Source of the DNA: Planctomycetia bacterium
GTDB taxonomy: Bacteria > Planctomycetota > Planctomycetia > Pirellulales > UBA1268
Direction: 5' to 3'
Assembly: GCA_046074725.1 (NCBI GenBank)
Contig: JBJTOU010000053.1
Coordinates: 1,751-65,750, forward strand
Length of the DNA: 64,000 nt
Shown one piece after another: positions 36,508 through 46,079 of the stretch. A program made the translations under genes and the position numbers. Below the pieces are notes generated by a model that was not told the origin of the DNA, ran no database searches, and saw only the letters and a program-made list of their open reading frames with translations. The stretch's first letter is position 1, and every line of letters starts with the position of its first letter.

Positions 36508-36740
36508 CACTACAGAATGCAGGTATCGCCGGTGAAGGGCCGCCCACGCACCGTCGCCGGACGTGGGCTACGGCCATCCTGGCCCTCGCTCTCTCGATGC
36601 TGACCGCGCTCCGGCATCCATGCCTGCGCTGGTCAGCAACGCCGGTTCCCGAGGCATGGGCAGCCCTTCACCTCCCGCTCTCAGAGCACCGAGGGCACTT
36701 CCATGAATGGTTTGGGAGGGGTTGCCCGAGCAGGCGTGAG

Positions 36741-37820
36741 CTAATTGTGCTGGGCGAGGCCGCCGGCCTCGCCGCCTTCGAAGTGGCGTCGCAGGTAGCG
36801 GGCCCGCTCGATGTTGCGATCGTTGCTGTCGAGCTCGACCCCGCGGAGCTTCTGCAGGTGGGCCGGCTGGGTGCGAACGAGGAGCGAATTGATGTCGGAG
36901 ATGGTCACATCGCCGATAAGCCCCAGCAGCACCCCCATGCGGACTCGCGAGAGCAGTTGCATCGTCTCCTCGGCACTGATCGTCTGGGCGGTGCGGAGAA
37001 TTCCGTAGGCCCGGCTCACCTGGTCGTGGACGTTCTGCTGGGTTTCACGGACGAGAAACTCGCGGGCGCGCCGCTCGTAGTCGATGAGCACCGGCACGAC
37101 ATCGCCAACCTGCTCGATGAGCTGATCCTCGGTCTTACCGAGCGTGGTCTGGTTCGAGATCTGGTAGAAGTCGCCCATCGCCTGGGATCCCTCACCGTAG
37201 AGCCCCCGAACCGCCAGCGAAATCTTGTGCAGGCTCCGGAACACCTTGTCGATCTGCCGCGTGATGACGAGGGCCGGCAGATGGAGCATCACGCTCACGC
37301 GGATGCCGGTGCCGACGTTCGTCGGGCAGGCGGTGAGGTAGCCCCAGCGGTGGTGGTAGGCGTAGGGGACGACCGTCTCGATCTGCTCATCGACGGCCTT
37401 GATCTGGTCAAAGGCGCCCCGCAGGTCGAGCCCGCTGTGCATGCACTGGATCCTGAGGTGATCCTCCTCGTTGATCATCAGGCTCACCTGCTCGCGGCCG
37501 TCGATGGCCACTCCCCTCGCTCCCTGGGCGTCGGCATGCTCCCGGCTGATGAGCTGGCGCTCGACCAAGAACTGGCGATCGATCTCCTCGAGATGCCCGA
37601 CGTCGATGTACTCGAGGCTGCCCCCCATCGGGGAGGCCGCGATTCGCTCCCGAAGCAGCCGTTCGATCTCGAGACGCTCCTGCTCCGTGGCCCGGCTGAC
37701 GAAGGGAAACTGGGCGAGGTTGCGGGCAAGCCGCACCCGGCTGCTCATCACGATGTCGGACTCCGGCCCGGTACCACGCAGCCACTCACCGACGGACTGG
37801 GCCATTGCATCGATCATCAT
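36741..37820 (-). CDS. mcsB: Protein arginine kinase McsB (ATP:guanido phosphotransferase)
   Basis: VMSSRVRLARNLAQFPF, INEEDHLRIQ, and guanidino-kinase signature GYLTACPTNVGTGIRVSVMLHLPAL. ATG 37820 forms an ATGA overlap with the mcsA stop. Confidence 0.88.
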   Translation of the reverse strand: MMIDAMAQSVGEWLRGTGPESDIVMSSRVRLARNLAQFPFVSRATEQERLEIERLLRERIAASPMGGSLEYIDVGHLEEIDRQFLVERQLISREHADAQGARGVAIDGREQVSLMINEEDHLRIQCMHSGLDLRGAFDQIKAVDEQIETVVPYAYHHRWGYLTACPTNVGTGIRVSVMLHLPALVITRQIDKVFRSLHKISLAVRGLYGEGSQAMGDFYQISNQTTLGKTEDQLIEQVGDVVPVLIDYERRAREFLVRETQQNVHDQVSRAYGILRTAQTISAEETMQLLSRVRMGVLLGLIGDVTISDINSLLVRTQPAHLQKLRGVELDSNDRNIERARYLRRHFEGGEAGGLAQHN

Positions 37821-38386
37821 GGGGTCGTATCCCGTGGGGCGGGCGGAACGGCCGCGGATCCCAGCCAACGCTCCTCGATCGAGCGGATGAGGTCGCGATT
37901 CTCCTTCGCCTTCTCGTAGTCCTCGCTGGCGATCGCATCCTTCATGTCCCGTCGCAGGGCGATGACCCTGGTCAGGTCAGCGGACCCCTCCGGCGGCATC
38001 TCGATGGCGGCCGCCCGCCTCGGCACGCGGCCGATGTGCTCCGTCGCGCCGTGGATGTTGGCGATCAGCGGCTCCAATTCCTTCTCGAAGTGGTCGTAGT
38101 CGTGCGGACAGCCCAGCCGCCCCTGGTTGCGAAACTCGAAGAAGGTGATCCCACACATGTCGCAGGCTTTCTGGTCGAGTGCGGCGAGTTCGTCGGCGGT
38201 CTGGCCGACGCCGAGCGGGCCGGTCAGGGCTCCGCCGGGCTTGCCCTCCGCGGCCTCCGGCCCCCCCTCGGACTGATTGAGATATGACCTCGCATGATCC
38301 TCGCACAGATGAAGTTCGCGGACCGTTCCCGCTTCCAGTTCGGTGATGTGGAAGACCGCCTGGCGGTCACAGTGTTGGCACTTCAT
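37817..38386 (-). CDS. mcsA: McsA-like activator (zinc-finger plus UVR-motif protein)
   Basis: MKCQHCDRQAVFHITE...LHLCEDHA and CDMCGITF...LGCPHDY are Cys clusters. The C-terminal UVR-like motif is ASEDYEKAKENRDLIRSIE. Confidence 0.8.
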   Translation of the reverse strand: MKCQHCDRQAVFHITELEAGTVRELHLCEDHARSYLNQSEGGPEAAEGKPGGALTGPLGVGQTADELAALDQKACDMCGITFFEFRNQGRLGCPHDYDHFEKELEPLIANIHGATEHIGRVPRRAAAIEMPPEGSADLTRVIALRRDMKDAIASEDYEKAKENRDLIRSIEERWLGSAAVPPAPRDTTP

Positions 38387-38496
38387 CTCGCGGCACGCCC
38401 GAAACGTCTCGACTCATCAAACGGCAGGTCGCGCTTCCGCGTCCTCCACGGCCAATCATAGCGGTTCGGGGTCGGGCGGTGGTATCCTCGTTCCCC

Positions 38497-40011
38497 ATGC
38501 CCCACCTCCCCGATTCGCGCCGCTTCGCGGAACTCGCCGGGAACCACCGATTGGTTCCCGTCTACCGTCGCCTGTTCGCCGATGGACTCACCCCCCTCTC
38601 GGCGTTTGCCCGCATCGATGCCGGAGACTGCGGATGCCTGTTCGAGAGCGTTGTCGGAGGCGAGAAGGTGGGGCGGTACAGTTTTCTCGGAGCCGACCCG
38701 TTCCTCCGCCTCGAAGCGAGGGGGACGGCCGTCACGATCATCGGGCCGGACGGTGTCGTGGACACCCTGCAGTCGGAGGATCCGCTAGGCGAGCTCGAGC
38801 GGCGCATGGAGCCCTACAGGCCGGCCCGCCTTCCCGAACTACCGCCGTTCACCAGCGGGGTCGTCGGATACGCCGCGTACGACGCCGTGCGGTACGTCGA
38901 GCGACTGCCCAATCCTCCCCCCGACGATCTCAATCTCCCCGATCTGTCGTTCGCCTTCTATGACCGCCTCGTCGTGTTCGACAACGTCACCAAGTCGCTC
39001 GACGTGGTCGTGCTCGCACACGTGCGCGACACATCGCCCTCCGGCGTCGCCGAGGCCCATGCCGAGGCGGTGAGGCGGATCGACGCGACGATCGAGTCGC
39101 TCTTCCGCCCATCCGACTGGCCGCAGGCGGCCGACATCGGCCCGCGGTCGCTCCCCCCGGGATTTCTCGACGAAACGGCCACGTCGTCGTTTCCACGCGA
39201 GCGTTTCCTCGCCGCGGTCGATCGGGCGATCGACTACATCCGAGCCGGCGACGCCTTCCAGATCGTCTTGAGCCGGCGGTTGGAGGTGCCGTTCGAGGCC
39301 CCGGCCTTGGAGCTCTACCGCACGCTTCGCGTCGTGAACCCGAGCCCGTTCATGTTTTACCTCCGCACGCCCGGGGCGACGCTCGTCGGGAGTTCACCTG
39401 AGATCATGGTGCGGGTCGTCGATGGCAGCGTGACCGTGCGCCCGCTGGCCGGCACGCGGCCGCGTGGGGCGACGCCCGAGGAGGATGCCGCCCTGGCCGA
39501 AAACCTGCTCGCCGATCCGAAGGAACGGGCCGAGCATGTGATGCTCATCGATTTGGGCCGAAACGACATGGGGCGGGTGGCGGCGATCGGTTCGGTCTCC
39601 CTGACCGACGTGATGACGATCGAGCGATACAGCCACGTCATGCACATCACGAGCAACGTCACGGGCCGGCTCGCCCCCGGAATGACCGCGTTCGACGCCC
39701 TTCGGGCATGTTTGCCGGCCGGGACGGTCTCGGGGGCCCCGAAGATCCGCGCGATGGAGATCATCGACGAACTGGAGCCGCGGCGACGGGGTCCCTATGC
39801 CGGTGCGGTGGGCTACATCGACTTCGGCGGAGCCATGGACACCTGCATCGCGCTTCGGACGATCGTGGTCCGGAATGGCAAGGCCTACGTCCAGTCCGGG
39901 GCGGGCATCGTCGCCGACAGCGTTCCTGAGAGCGAGTTCGAGGAAACGCTCAACAAGGCCAAGGGGATGCTCGTGGCCATTGCCATCACGTCCGCCCGCG
40001 TGCGGTCATGA
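38497..40011 (+). CDS. trpE: Anthranilate synthase component I
   Basis: LVPVYRRLFADGLTPLSAF, SPFMFYL, GTRPRG, HVMLIDLGRNDMGRV, GAVGYIDFGGAMDTCIALRT. ATG at 38497. Confidence 0.92.
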   Translation: MPHLPDSRRFAELAGNHRLVPVYRRLFADGLTPLSAFARIDAGDCGCLFESVVGGEKVGRYSFLGADPFLRLEARGTAVTIIGPDGVVDTLQSEDPLGELERRMEPYRPARLPELPPFTSGVVGYAAYDAVRYVERLPNPPPDDLNLPDLSFAFYDRLVVFDNVTKSLDVVVLAHVRDTSPSGVAEAHAEAVRRIDATIESLFRPSDWPQAADIGPRSLPPGFLDETATSSFPRERFLAAVDRAIDYIRAGDAFQIVLSRRLEVPFEAPALELYRTLRVVNPSPFMFYLRTPGATLVGSSPEIMVRVVDGSVTVRPLAGTRPRGATPEEDAALAENLLADPKERAEHVMLIDLGRNDMGRVAAIGSVSLTDVMTIERYSHVMHITSNVTGRLAPGMTAFDALRACLPAGTVSGAPKIRAMEIIDELEPRRRGPYAGAVGYIDFGGAMDTCIALRTIVVRNGKAYVQSGAGIVADSVPESEFEETLNKAKGMLVAIAITSARVRS

Positions 40012-40928
40012 CCGCGATCGAGCACGGAGTCGTCGTCGATCGGGCAACGGTCGTGCGTGGCGCGAGGAGGGTGATCGACGGGCTGTCGCTGCACGTCGCC
40101 CCGGGCCAGGCGATCGCCCTCATCGGCCGGGATGGATCCGGCACATCATCGCTGCTCGCGGCAGTGGCCACGGCGCTTCCGCTGCACTCAGGCGACATCC
40201 GGGTCGATGGCCACTCGGTGCGTTCGTCCCTCGACGCGGTGCGAATGCGAGTCGGGTATGTGCCCTCGGGAATCTCGGCGTGGCCTCACGCCCGGGCCGA
40301 CGAGTTCCTGGAGGTGTTCTCGCTAGAAGCCGGCCTCCGCGGCAAGGCGATGCGCGAGGCGGTGGCCCGGGGCCTGGCACTGGCCGGAATCACCGACCCG
40401 GCGACGGCGGTCGATTCCTTGACGGCGGGACGTGCCGCACGGCTGCTCGTCGCCCGGGCGCTCCTGCACGATCCGCCCGTGCTGGCGACCGACAACCCCT
40501 TTGCCACGCTCGATCCCGCCGGCCGGCGGGACCTCGAACGGCTGATCGAAGACATGCATCTCGGCGGCCGGATCGTCGTCGCCGCCATCGACGACGCGAT
40601 CGTGCCGAGTTGCTTCACGCATGTTGCGGTTCTCGATGCGGGCCGCCTGACCGCGCACGGACCGATGACGCCCTCGGCCTTCCATCGCGACCGCGGGTGG
40701 CGGCACCGGATCGTCTGCCCCGCCTCCGCGGGCGACGCGGCCGCCCTGCTTCGTCGCCTGGCCGTCGATGCCCGTGCGATCGACGACGACACGGTCGAGT
40801 ATCGCCATGATCCCGCCATGCATGCCGGTGGCGATCTTCTCACCGCGATCATGCGTGCGGGGATCACCGTCGAATCGGCCGGCTTCCACCCGCCGTGGAC
40901 CGCCCAACTGGTCGATGACGGGCCGTGA
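40008..40928 (+). CDS. ABC-transporter ATPase homolog (DrrA/NatA-like fold plus C-terminal DUF4162-like region) with degenerate catalytic motifs
   Basis: Walker A position is GRDGSGTSS (no Lys). Q-loop is VGYVPSG (no Gln). Signature is LTAGRAARL. Walker B is VLATDNP (D-N instead of D-E). H-loop position is AAIDDA. The start has an ATGA overlap with the trpE stop. Confidence 0.75.
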   Translation: MTAIEHGVVVDRATVVRGARRVIDGLSLHVAPGQAIALIGRDGSGTSSLLAAVATALPLHSGDIRVDGHSVRSSLDAVRMRVGYVPSGISAWPHARADEFLEVFSLEAGLRGKAMREAVARGLALAGITDPATAVDSLTAGRAARLLVARALLHDPPVLATDNPFATLDPAGRRDLERLIEDMHLGGRIVVAAIDDAIVPSCFTHVAVLDAGRLTAHGPMTPSAFHRDRGWRHRIVCPASAGDAAALLRRLAVDARAIDDDTVEYRHDPAMHAGGDLLTAIMRAGITVESAGFHPPWTAQLVDDGP

Positions 40929-40949
40929 GCCCGGCGGAATTACAAACAG

Positions 40950-41786
40950 CTAACCCGCAATGGCCTCGATGAGGCTTCGGACGTGGGCTTCTATGCCCGA
41001 AACGACTCGGTCGCGTGGCGACGAGCCCGCGGCGTCGAGATGCCTGACGAGCGCCGAGCCGACGATCACGCCATCGGCTGCTGTGGCCACCGCCGCGGCC
41101 TGCTCGGGGGTCGCGATGCCGAATCCGACGAGAATCGGCACGTCGGTCTTCGTCCGCAGCCATCGCACGCGATCGACGAGCCCCTGTGGCAGTGCGGTCC
41201 GGGCTCCGGTCACCCCGGCGACGGAGACGCAATAGAGAAAGCCGGTCGATTGCCTGGCGATCTTCTCGGCGCGGTCGGGGGGAGTCGTCGGGGTCACGAG
41301 GCGGACGAGGGCGAGGCCGGCCTCGCGGCAGCCGCGGTCGAGATCGTCCGACTCCTCGATCGGAAGGTCGGGCACGACAAGCCCGGCCAGGCCGGCTGCG
41401 AGCGACTCGTTCACGAACCGACCGATGCCCCGACGGAAGATGATCGAATAGCTCGCCATGGCCAGGATCGGCGTCGCGACCTTGGCCGACGCCTCCCGCA
41501 CGGTCGCGAAGAGACGGTCGAGGCACATGCCTCCGGCCAAGGCCCGCACGTAGGACGCCTGGATCACGGCGCCATCGGCGATCGGGTCGCTGTAGGGAAC
41601 CCCAAGCTCGATCAGCGTTGCCCCGGCGCGGTCGATGGCGGCGAGAATCTCGCCCGTTGTCTCGGCATCGGGATCCCCCGCCGTGATGAACGGGGCCACC
41701 GCCCCACGACCAGCGGCGGCGTTGGCGGCGAACCGTGCGGCGATGCGGGCGACGCCACTGGCGGGATTGGAGGACGCGGCGTTCAT
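40950..41786 (-). CDS. trpA: Tryptophan synthase alpha chain
   Basis: [46 protein letters not shown] overlap with the trpB stop. Confidence 0.92.
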   Translation of the reverse strand: MNAASSNPASGVARIAARFAANAAAGRGAVAPFITAGDPDAETTGEILAAIDRAGATLIELGVPYSDPIADGAVIQASYVRALAGGMCLDRLFATVREASAKVATPILAMASYSIIFRRGIGRFVNESLAAGLAGLVVPDLPIEESDDLDRGCREAGLALVRLVTPTTPPDRAEKIARQSTGFLYCVSVAGVTGARTALPQGLVDRVRWLRTKTDVPILVGFGIATPEQAAAVATAADGVIVGSALVRHLDAAGSSPRDRVVSGIEAHVRSLIEAIAG

Positions 41787-43021
41787 GAGGCGGGCTGCTC
41801 ACCGCTTGGGAGGCCACGGAGACGGGCGATCTCGGCGGCATCCTTGTCGCCACGTCCGGACAGACAGACGACGAGAAGTTCGTCGGATGGGCGACGGGCA
41901 GCCTCGCGGATCGCCCAGGCCAGCGCATGCGATGTCTCGAGCGCCGGAAGGACGCCCTCCCGCTTTGCCACGGTATCGAACGCCTCGAGCGCCTCGGCAT
42001 CGGTGACGCTCGTGTACTCGACGCGGCCGGCATCCCGCCAATAACTATGCTCGGGGCCGACACCCGGGTAGTCGAGGCCGGCCGACACGGAATGCACGTC
42101 GCACGTCTGGCCGTCCTCGTTTTGGAGGACGTAACTCAGGCTGCCATGGAGGATCCCAGGGCTGCCGTAGCTGAGGCTGGCCGCATGGTCACCAGGCTTG
42201 CCCGAACGCCCGCCGGCCTCGACCCCGACCAGCCGCACGGAGCGATGGTCGATGAACGGGAAAAACATCCCGGCGGCGTTACTCCCGCCGCCGACGCACG
42301 CGACGACGGTGTCGGGCAACCGACCGAATTGTCGGTGGCACTGATCGAGAGTCTCGCGGCCGATCACCGATTGGAAGTCTCGCACGATCCGAGGAAAGGG
42401 ATGCGGGCCGACGACTGAGCCGATGATGTAATGGGTCGTTTCCACCGACCCCATCCAGTCGCGCATCGCCTCGTTGATGGCGTCACGGAGCGTGCGCGAT
42501 CCCGTCTCGACAGGCCGCACCTCGGCCCCCATGAACCGCATGTTCCGAACGTTCGGGGCCTGACGGCGGACGTCCTCCGCCCCCATGTAGACGACGCACT
42601 CCAGGCCGAACCTTGCGCACGCCGTGGCGGTCGCCACGCCGTGCTGCCCGGCGCCCGTTTCGGCGATGATCCGTCGCTTGCCCATCCGCATCGCCAAAAG
42701 AGCCTGACCAAGCGTGTTGTTGATCTTGTGGGCACCGGTGTGGCTGAGATCCTCCCGCTTGAAGTAGATCCTCGCGCCACCGGCGATCTCGGTGAGCCGC
42801 TTGGCGAAGAGCAGGGGAGTGGGCCGGCCGACGAAGGCGGAGAGGAGGCCATTGAGTTCCTCGGCAAACGCCGGGTCGGCAACAGCTTCGGCATAGGCCC
42901 GCTCGAGTTGATCGAGGGCAGCCGACAGCGTCTCGGGCACGTAGCGGCCACCGAATCGGCCGAACCGGCCGAGAGCATCGGGCACGACGGTAAGCTTGTC
43001 GGCGGTCGACATGACGGGCAT
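41783..43021 (-). CDS. trpB: Tryptophan synthase beta chain
   Basis: [49 protein letters not shown]. Candidate ATGs are at 43021 and 43012. Confidence 0.93.
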   Translation of the reverse strand: MPVMSTADKLTVVPDALGRFGRFGGRYVPETLSAALDQLERAYAEAVADPAFAEELNGLLSAFVGRPTPLLFAKRLTEIAGGARIYFKREDLSHTGAHKINNTLGQALLAMRMGKRRIIAETGAGQHGVATATACARFGLECVVYMGAEDVRRQAPNVRNMRFMGAEVRPVETGSRTLRDAINEAMRDWMGSVETTHYIIGSVVGPHPFPRIVRDFQSVIGRETLDQCHRQFGRLPDTVVACVGGGSNAAGMFFPFIDHRSVRLVGVEAGGRSGKPGDHAASLSYGSPGILHGSLSYVLQNEDGQTCDVHSVSAGLDYPGVGPEHSYWRDAGRVEYTSVTDAEALEAFDTVAKREGVLPALETSHALAWAIREAARRPSDELLVVCLSGRGDKDAAEIARLRGLPSGEQPAS

Positions 43022-43203
43022 CGTACGCGAGATTGTATCCCCGTGCCGCCCGACCGCCATCCAGCACCGGCTTCCTGGCGTGCTTTGGGCCTACCCGAGC
43101 CATTCGCCCATTTTCAGGCGATTTCGGGAGCAGCACGCGGCAGGTTGTGCGACGAGTCTCTACCATGAACGCTTGGAGATTCCTTCCCGTCGGAGGTTTG
43201 CCG

Positions 43204-44238
43204 ATGAACGCACCGATCCACCAGGCTGGCGGCGTGTCGCGTCGCAGGTTTTTCGCCGGCTCTGCCGCCGCGGTCGGCGGCCTGGTCGGCATGTCGCCGC
43301 AGATCGCCGGGGCCGGTGACGCCGGAACATCGACCTCCGCCGAGACGCTCGCGGGGCTGCTCCACGCCTCCCTTTCACCCAAGCAGCGACAGGCGATCTG
43401 CTTCCCGTGGGATTTCGTCCACCCCAAGCACGGCCTGCTTCGAACGCGGGTGGCCAACAATTGGCAGTCCACGGAGCCGGACATCGCCAGCGATTTCTAC
43501 ACCGCCGATCAGCGGAGGCTGATCCGGGACATCTTCGAGCAGCTCATCCGACCCGAATGGCATGCTCGGTTCGACAAGCAGCTCGATGACGACAGCGGCG
43601 GCTTCGGCCACGCCCAGTCGATCGCCCTCATCGGCGAGCCTGGGTCCGGCAGGTTTCAGTTCCTGATCACGGGCCGCCACATGACGCTGCGATGCGATGG
43701 CGATGCCGCGGAGCATGTCGCCTTCGGGGGGCCGATTTTCTACGGTCACGACGCCGGCGGCTTCGACGAGGGCCCTGCCCATCCCGGAAACGTCTTCTGG
43801 CCGCAGGCGGTGGCCGCGAACCGTGTCTACGCCATGCTCGATGGACGGCAGCGATCGCAGGCCCTCGTGGAATCGCTACCGCGTGAAAATGCCATCGCCT
43901 TTCGGGGCAAGGGTGCCGGCGGGGCCGTCGAATGCCCCGGAATCCGTGTCGCCGACCTGTCGCGGGATCAACGCGATGAACTCGACACGGTCCTCTCCAT
44001 CCTGCTCGAGCCATTCCGAATCGCCGACCAGGATGAAACCCGACGATGCCTCGCCACGCAGGGAGGTCTCGACGCCTGTCGGCTGGCCTTCTTCAAGAAG
44101 GACGACCTCGGCGACGACGGGGTATGGGACAACTGGCGGCTGGAAGGCCCCTCGTTCGTCTGGCACTTCCGCGGGGCGCCGCATGTGCACGTCTGGGTGA
44201 ACGTGGCCGATTCCGACGCCATTCCCACCAACGCCTGA
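43204..44238 (+). CDS. TAT-signal DUF3500-like protein
   Basis: GGAGG lies 8 nt upstream of ATG 43204. MNAPIHQAGGVSRRRFFAGSAAAVGG has a twin-arginine motif. LSPKQRQAICFPWD, IGEPGSGRFQFLITGRHMTL and WRLEGPSFVWHFRGAPHVHVW resemble the DUF3500 layout as I recall it. Confidence 0.6.
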   Translation: MNAPIHQAGGVSRRRFFAGSAAAVGGLVGMSPQIAGAGDAGTSTSAETLAGLLHASLSPKQRQAICFPWDFVHPKHGLLRTRVANNWQSTEPDIASDFYTADQRRLIRDIFEQLIRPEWHARFDKQLDDDSGGFGHAQSIALIGEPGSGRFQFLITGRHMTLRCDGDAAEHVAFGGPIFYGHDAGGFDEGPAHPGNVFWPQAVAANRVYAMLDGRQRSQALVESLPRENAIAFRGKGAGGAVECPGIRVADLSRDQRDELDTVLSILLEPFRIADQDETRRCLATQGGLDACRLAFFKKDDLGDDGVWDNWRLEGPSFVWHFRGAPHVHVWVNVADSDAIPTNA

Positions 44239-44257
44239 ATCTCCCGTCCGTCGATCC

Positions 44258-45418
44258 ATGCTCGACTGCTGCATCATCGGAGGAGGCATCATCGGGTTGT
44301 CGATAGCCCGAGAGCTGGCCGGCCGTGGACATTCCGTCCGCGTTCTCGCCCGGGAACGCGAGCGGGATACGGCATCGTGGGCGGGGGCCGGGATCCTGCC
44401 GCCGACACCGCGGCATGCCGCGGAAACATCCGGAGAAATCCTCACAGCGTGGAGCGATTTGCTTCATCGACAGTGGTCCCGCGAACTGTTCGAAGAGACC
44501 GGCATCGACAACGGACTGGCAACGTGCGGCGGACTCCATGTCGCCGGCGATGCATCGCGACTGCGATCGCTCGCTTCGACCGCCAAGGCATGGCGGCGTC
44601 GCGGTGCCCGATGCCTCGAACTCGATGCCACGGGCGTGGCCGAACTCGAGCCGGGGCTGCGGGGAGCCGTCGATCGCGGGACGGTCGTCGGCGGCATCTT
44701 CCTTCCGGATGAGACCCAGATCCGGCCGCCACGACACCTGGAAGCCCTGGTTCGCTCGTGCAACAGCCGGGGTGTCGAGATCGTGTTCGGTGCGACCGCG
44801 GAGTCGATCATCCTCGGTGAGGACCGGATCGAGGGCATCGCGATCTCGCGGGAAGGGGGCGGCCGGGACACCGTCCACGCCGACGCCTACTGCCTCGCGG
44901 CCGGCGCATGGTCGGGCGCACTGGCCGAGCCACTCGGGCTCCGATTCGAGACCAGGCCGATCCGAGGGCAGATCGCACTGTTCCGCTTCCCGGCCCCCGC
45001 GCTCATGCGAGTCGTCAACAGCGGGCTCGACTACCTGCTTCCCCGCAGCGACGGACGCCTCCTCGTCGGCTCGACCCTGGAAGACGTCGGTTTCGACCGC
45101 AGCACGACGGCGGAGGCGATCGACCGGCTCCGCGGCATCGCGACGGCGCTGCTCGGAGACCTGTCTGCCGTGACGCTCGAACAGGCCTGGGCAGGCTTGC
45201 GTCCTGGAAGCATCGACGGGCTCCCGACCATCGGGCGAACGCCGAATTTCCGCAACGGCTATGTCGCCACGGGCCACTTTCGGGCGGGGCTTCATCAATC
45301 GACGGGCACGGCCGCGCTGATCGCCGACATGATCACCGGGGCCACTCCCACGATCGATCCGGAGCCCTTCGCACCAGACCGTCCGCGAAGACTCCTCGAG
45401 AGCCTCATGCCGCGGTGA
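44258..45418 (+). CDS. FAD-dependent oxidoreductase, glycine oxidase (ThiO)-like
   Basis: MLDCCIIGGGIIGLSIARELAGRGHSVRVL is an FAD dinucleotide fold. The overall layout is DAO-family and the length is 386 aa. Confidence 0.75.
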   Translation: MLDCCIIGGGIIGLSIARELAGRGHSVRVLARERERDTASWAGAGILPPTPRHAAETSGEILTAWSDLLHRQWSRELFEETGIDNGLATCGGLHVAGDASRLRSLASTAKAWRRRGARCLELDATGVAELEPGLRGAVDRGTVVGGIFLPDETQIRPPRHLEALVRSCNSRGVEIVFGATAESIILGEDRIEGIAISREGGGRDTVHADAYCLAAGAWSGALAEPLGLRFETRPIRGQIALFRFPAPALMRVVNSGLDYLLPRSDGRLLVGSTLEDVGFDRSTTAEAIDRLRGIATALLGDLSAVTLEQAWAGLRPGSIDGLPTIGRTPNFRNGYVATGHFRAGLHQSTGTAALIADMITGATPTIDPEPFAPDRPRRLLESLMPR

Positions 45419-46079
45419 CGGCGAGCCTTCGGTGGACGAGTTCGATGTCATCGGGCGAGAGCGGCCTCTCGGGACGAATCCCGCCGACCACGCTCGCCAG
45501 TTCCGCCAGCCGCGTCACGGCGGCTGGGATGCCCCCGGTGACCTCGTGAATGGTATCTGACACCGACTCCGCCGCGGCCTGATCGGCCGGCAACGATGCC
45601 CCTGTGATCGACACCACGAGCCGCCGCGTCTCCGCCCTCGAAAACGGGGTGAGGATGGCGCGCAACTGAACGAGTCGTTCCAGGCGAGGCTCCCGGGCGA
45701 TCAGCGTGAGCAGCCGACCGCTGCCGGCGAGGACGATGCTCGCTTCCTTGCGGGCTTCCCACCAATGAGCCACCCGTGCCGCCAGCCGCTCATCACCGAT
45801 GCGGTCGGCATCGTCGATGAGCAACACGTCGAGTGGTCCGTCCGGCTGTGACTCGCCTCCGTCGAGGGCGGAGATCACGCGGGACGTTCGACCAGCCGCT
45901 TCGGAGGCACGGGCCACCGCGTCCAGGACGCTCGTCGTGCCGGTACCCGTCGGCCCGCAGAGCACGGCCAGGGCGCCGGGTCGCTCCGTGACGTAGAGCA
46001 GTTTGGCAACGGCGGCGCACTGAACATCGGAAAGGTCGGTCGTGCGGACCTGGCGGAGGGCGGTGGTGCGAATGGTCAT
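45405..46079 (-). CDS. ExeA-like AAA ATPase homolog with a Lys-less Walker A
   Basis: LAVLCGPTGTGTTSVLDAV has T at the Walker A Lys position. Walker B is DVLLIDDADRI. LAGSGRLLTLIAREPRLERLVQLRAILTPFSRAETRRLV matches the ExeA-type pattern. ATG 46079 forms an ATGA overlap with the upstream stop. Confidence 0.7.
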   Translation of the reverse strand: MTIRTTALRQVRTTDLSDVQCAAVAKLLYVTERPGALAVLCGPTGTGTTSVLDAVARASEAAGRTSRVISALDGGESQPDGPLDVLLIDDADRIGDERLAARVAHWWEARKEASIVLAGSGRLLTLIAREPRLERLVQLRAILTPFSRAETRRLVVSITGASLPADQAAAESVSDTIHEVTGGIPAAVTRLAELASVVGGIRPERPLSPDDIELVHRRLAVTAA

